Source: Bacteroidota bacterium
Lineage (GTDB): Bacteria > Bacteroidota > Ignavibacteria > OLB7
Reading direction: 5' to 3'
Assembly (NCBI GenBank): GCA_018266795.1
Contig: JAFDZV010000039.1
Location: 15,215-79,214 of the forward strand
DNA: 64,000 nt
The translations under genes were made by a program, and so were the position numbers. Shown piece after piece: positions 62,366 to 64,000 of the stretch (position 1 is the stretch's first letter; each line of letters starts with the position of its first letter). A model generated the notes under the pieces. That model worked only from the letters and a program-made list of their open reading frames with translations. It made no database searches and had not been told where the DNA came from.

Positions 62366-64000
62366 ATGAGCGGAATCGTTGCCCTTCTCCATACCGACGG
62401 ACGTCACGTTCCGATGCGCGACCTGCATGCGATGGCGGCGTCCATCGTGCATCGCGGCCGCAATGGCTGCGAGGAGTGGGCACATGGAGGCGCCGGCCTG
62501 GCCTGCTGCCTGGCACATGCCGAACCGGAGGGAGCGGACACGCCGCTCCCGCGCTCGCACGCTACCGGACGAATCGTTGCCGCGGACGTTCGCCTCGATC
62601 GGCGTTCGGAACTCTGCGAACACCTGGGCTGCCGGCACGAGGCTGGCAGCCTTACGGATGCCGAACTGGTTCTCCGTGCATACGAGCGTTGGGGAGACCG
62701 ATGCGTTGGCTATCTGCAGGGCGACTTCGCCTTCGTGCTGTGGGATCCGGAACGTGACGGACTCTTCTGCGCCCGCGATCGTGTCGGCGTAAAGCCGTTC
62801 TACTATCACCACGGTTCCGGGCTCTTCGCCGCTGCATCCGAGATCCGGGCGCTCCTCGCGCACCCTGCCGTTTCCGCGCAGCCGGACGATCTCTGGATCG
62901 GCGATTATCTTGCCGGGCTTTTCACGGAGACCATTGGCACGTTCTACAGGGATGTCCGGCGTCTGATGCCCGCGCACACGATGCGTGTCGACGCTTCGGG
63001 CCTGCAGGTTGAACGGTACGACCGGTTCGATCCGGAACGCGAGGTTCGCTGCGCGAGCGATGCGGAATACGCCGAGGCCTTCGCCGAACGCTTCACGCGC
63101 GCCGTCGGCGATCGCATGCGCAGTGCGCTGCCGGTTGGTGCCGCGCTCAGCGGCGGTCTGGATTCGTCCTCCGTTGCCTGCGTTGCGCGCTCCGTTCGTC
63201 AGGCAGGCGGAGGGGAGCCGCTCGCAACGTTCTCAGCGATCTTCACCGATGTGCCGCAATCCGATGAGAGCCGCTACATCGATGCCGTGATTCGCTCCGG
63301 CGGCTTTACGCCGCGCTTTGTTCGTGGTGACCTGGGCGATCCGGTTGCGCCGGCGCTGCTGGACTCGCTGGACTATCCCTTCTTCGCTCCCAATCTCTTT
63401 CTTCATGCGGAGCTCTTCGCCGCCGCGCACGATGCCGGTATCGGCGTCTGGCTGGACGGGCTGGACGGTGACACCACGGTATCGCACGGCACGGCTCGGC
63501 TGGTGGAACTTGCCGGCACCATGCGGATTGCGGAGCTCTGGCACGAGAGCGGCGCGCTGGCGGACCGTCTGGGGCATGGATCGCGGGTTCAGACGCTGCG
63601 CCGCGCAGTGATCAATCCGTTGCTGCGTGCGCCACTCAGCCGCGGCCTTGCGCGCATCAGACGCCGGTCGCCGCTGGACGATGCGGTAATCGATCGCGCA
63701 TTTGCCGCGGGCATTCATCTGGCGGAACGCTACCATGCGGTGGCCGAGATACCTGCGCCTCGTACGCTGCGCGAGGATCACTGCCGGCGGCTTACGTGGG
63801 GAATGCATTCCTTCGTGCTGGAGCTGCTGGATCAACTTGCCGCGCATGCCGGCATCGAGCCGCGCTACCCCTTCTACGACTGGGAACTGATGAACTTCTG
63901 TCTGGCGTTGCCGCCGGAGCAGAAGCTGCATGACGGATGGGGACGTATCGTGCTGCGACGTGCGATGCAGGGGGTGCTTCCGCACGAGGTGCAGTGGAGA
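62366..64000 (+). CDS. asparagine synthetase B-family (amidotransferase-like) protein, 3'-truncated by the window end; N-terminal Cys replaced by Ser
   Basis: Not in the ORF track because it has no stop before 64000. Hand translation in frame 2 from the ATG at 62366 gives MSGIVALLHTDGRHV...GDFAFVLWDPERDGLFCARDRVGVKPFYYHH..., the PP-loop ALSGGLDSSSVA and ...EPRYPFYDWELMNFCLALPPEQKLHDGWGRIVLRRAMQGVLPHEV. I saw no stop codons in that frame. Confidence 0.85.
   Translation, partial: MSGIVALLHTDGRHVPMRDLHAMAASIVHRGRNGCEEWAHGGAGLACCLAHAEPEGADTPLPRSHATGRIVAADVRLDRRSELCEHLGCRHEAGSLTDAELVLRAYERWGDRCVGYLQGDFAFVLWDPERDGLFCARDRVGVKPFYYHHGSGLFAAASEIRALLAHPAVSAQPDDLWIGDYLAGLFTETIGTFYRDVRRLMPAHTMRVDASGLQVERYDRFDPEREVRCASDAEYAEAFAERFTRAVGDRMRSALPVGAALSGGLDSSSVACVARSVRQAGGGEPLATFSAIFTDVPQSDESRYIDAVIRSGGFTPRFVRGDLGDPVAPALLDSLDYPFFAPNLFLHAELFAAAHDAGIGVWLDGLDGDTTVSHGTARLVELAGTMRIAELWHESGALADRLGHGSRVQTLRRAVINPLLRAPLSRGLARIRRRSPLDDAVIDRAFAAGIHLAERYHAVAEIPAPRTLREDHCRRLTWGMHSFVLELLDQLAAHAGIEPRYPFYDWELMNFCLALPPEQKLHDGWGRIVLRRAMQGVLPHEVQWR

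Noticed and set aside
30346-64000. Idea that the transglutaminase-like gene (30.3-31.1 kb) and the AsnB-like gene (62.4 kb onward) form a lasso-peptide B/C pair
   Set aside because: They are more than 31 kb apart, on opposite strands and separated by unrelated operons. No precursor-like ORF or PqqD-like gene is visible next to either.
1-64000. Search by eye for CRISPR arrays, tRNA/rRNA genes, transposases, integrases, and retron or group II intron reverse transcriptases
   Set aside because: I found no regularly spaced direct repeats, no tRNA-like T-arm/acceptor patterns, no DDE/tyrosine-recombinase or YxDD motifs in any sizeable ORF. A manual scan cannot exclude small or degenerate elements. 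tRNAscan-SE, Infernal/Rfam and ISEScan should be run.

Overview
64-kb window from a high-GC bacterium. I infer the Fibrobacteres-Chlorobi-Bacteroidetes (FCB) group, Ignavibacteriota/Rhodothermota/Bacteroidota-like, from two type IX secretion (T9SS)-style C-terminal sorting domains, a PorV-family barrel, a GWxTD protein and a DUF4331 protein. Layout, left to right:
- 1-7.2 kb: conserved infA-rpmJ-rpsM-rpsK-rpsD-rpoA-rplQ block, then an RRM/Gly-rich RNA-binding protein, the EngB GTPase and a class-V aminotransferase.
- 8.4-18.5 kb: outer-membrane/T9SS-linked cluster (plug-containing giant barrel, 1303-aa cargo with a sorting domain, PorV-family barrel, GWxTD protein).
- 18.6-23.6 kb: envelope genes (LpxL-like acyltransferase, GT9 heptosyltransferase, GH2-like ectodomain fused to 6 TM helices).
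- 23.7-33.2 kb: accessory-looking stretch with patches of lower GC. It holds a 2TM/GAF-like protein, about 1.65 kb with no convincing ORF but dense hairpins, a DUF4062-like/NACHT/TPR STAND NTPase (bacterial NLR-like), a convergent transglutaminase-like cysteine peptidase plus small-protein operon, and a TPR-LuxR regulator.
- 33.6-39.5 kb: smc, an ECF sigma with a ChrR-like anti-sigma, and an SDR.
- 39.8-52.8 kb: a tight four-gene operon in which I recognise no characterised family. It encodes a secreted 357-aa protein, a twin-arginine-signal 1688-aa protein, a signal-less 1494-aa protein and a 664-aa predicted outer-membrane (OM) beta-barrel. This is my top candidate for an undescribed system.
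- 53.1-61 kb: YkgB-like membrane protein, then a minus-strand DUF4331/TPR/DUF6702-like/HupE/TonB-receptor cluster (putative metal uptake).
- 61.3-64 kb: a lipoprotein and a 3'-truncated AsnB-family gene with Cys1 replaced by Ser.

I saw no rRNA, tRNA, CRISPR array, transposase or integrase. All family calls come from motif recognition by eye; no searches were run.
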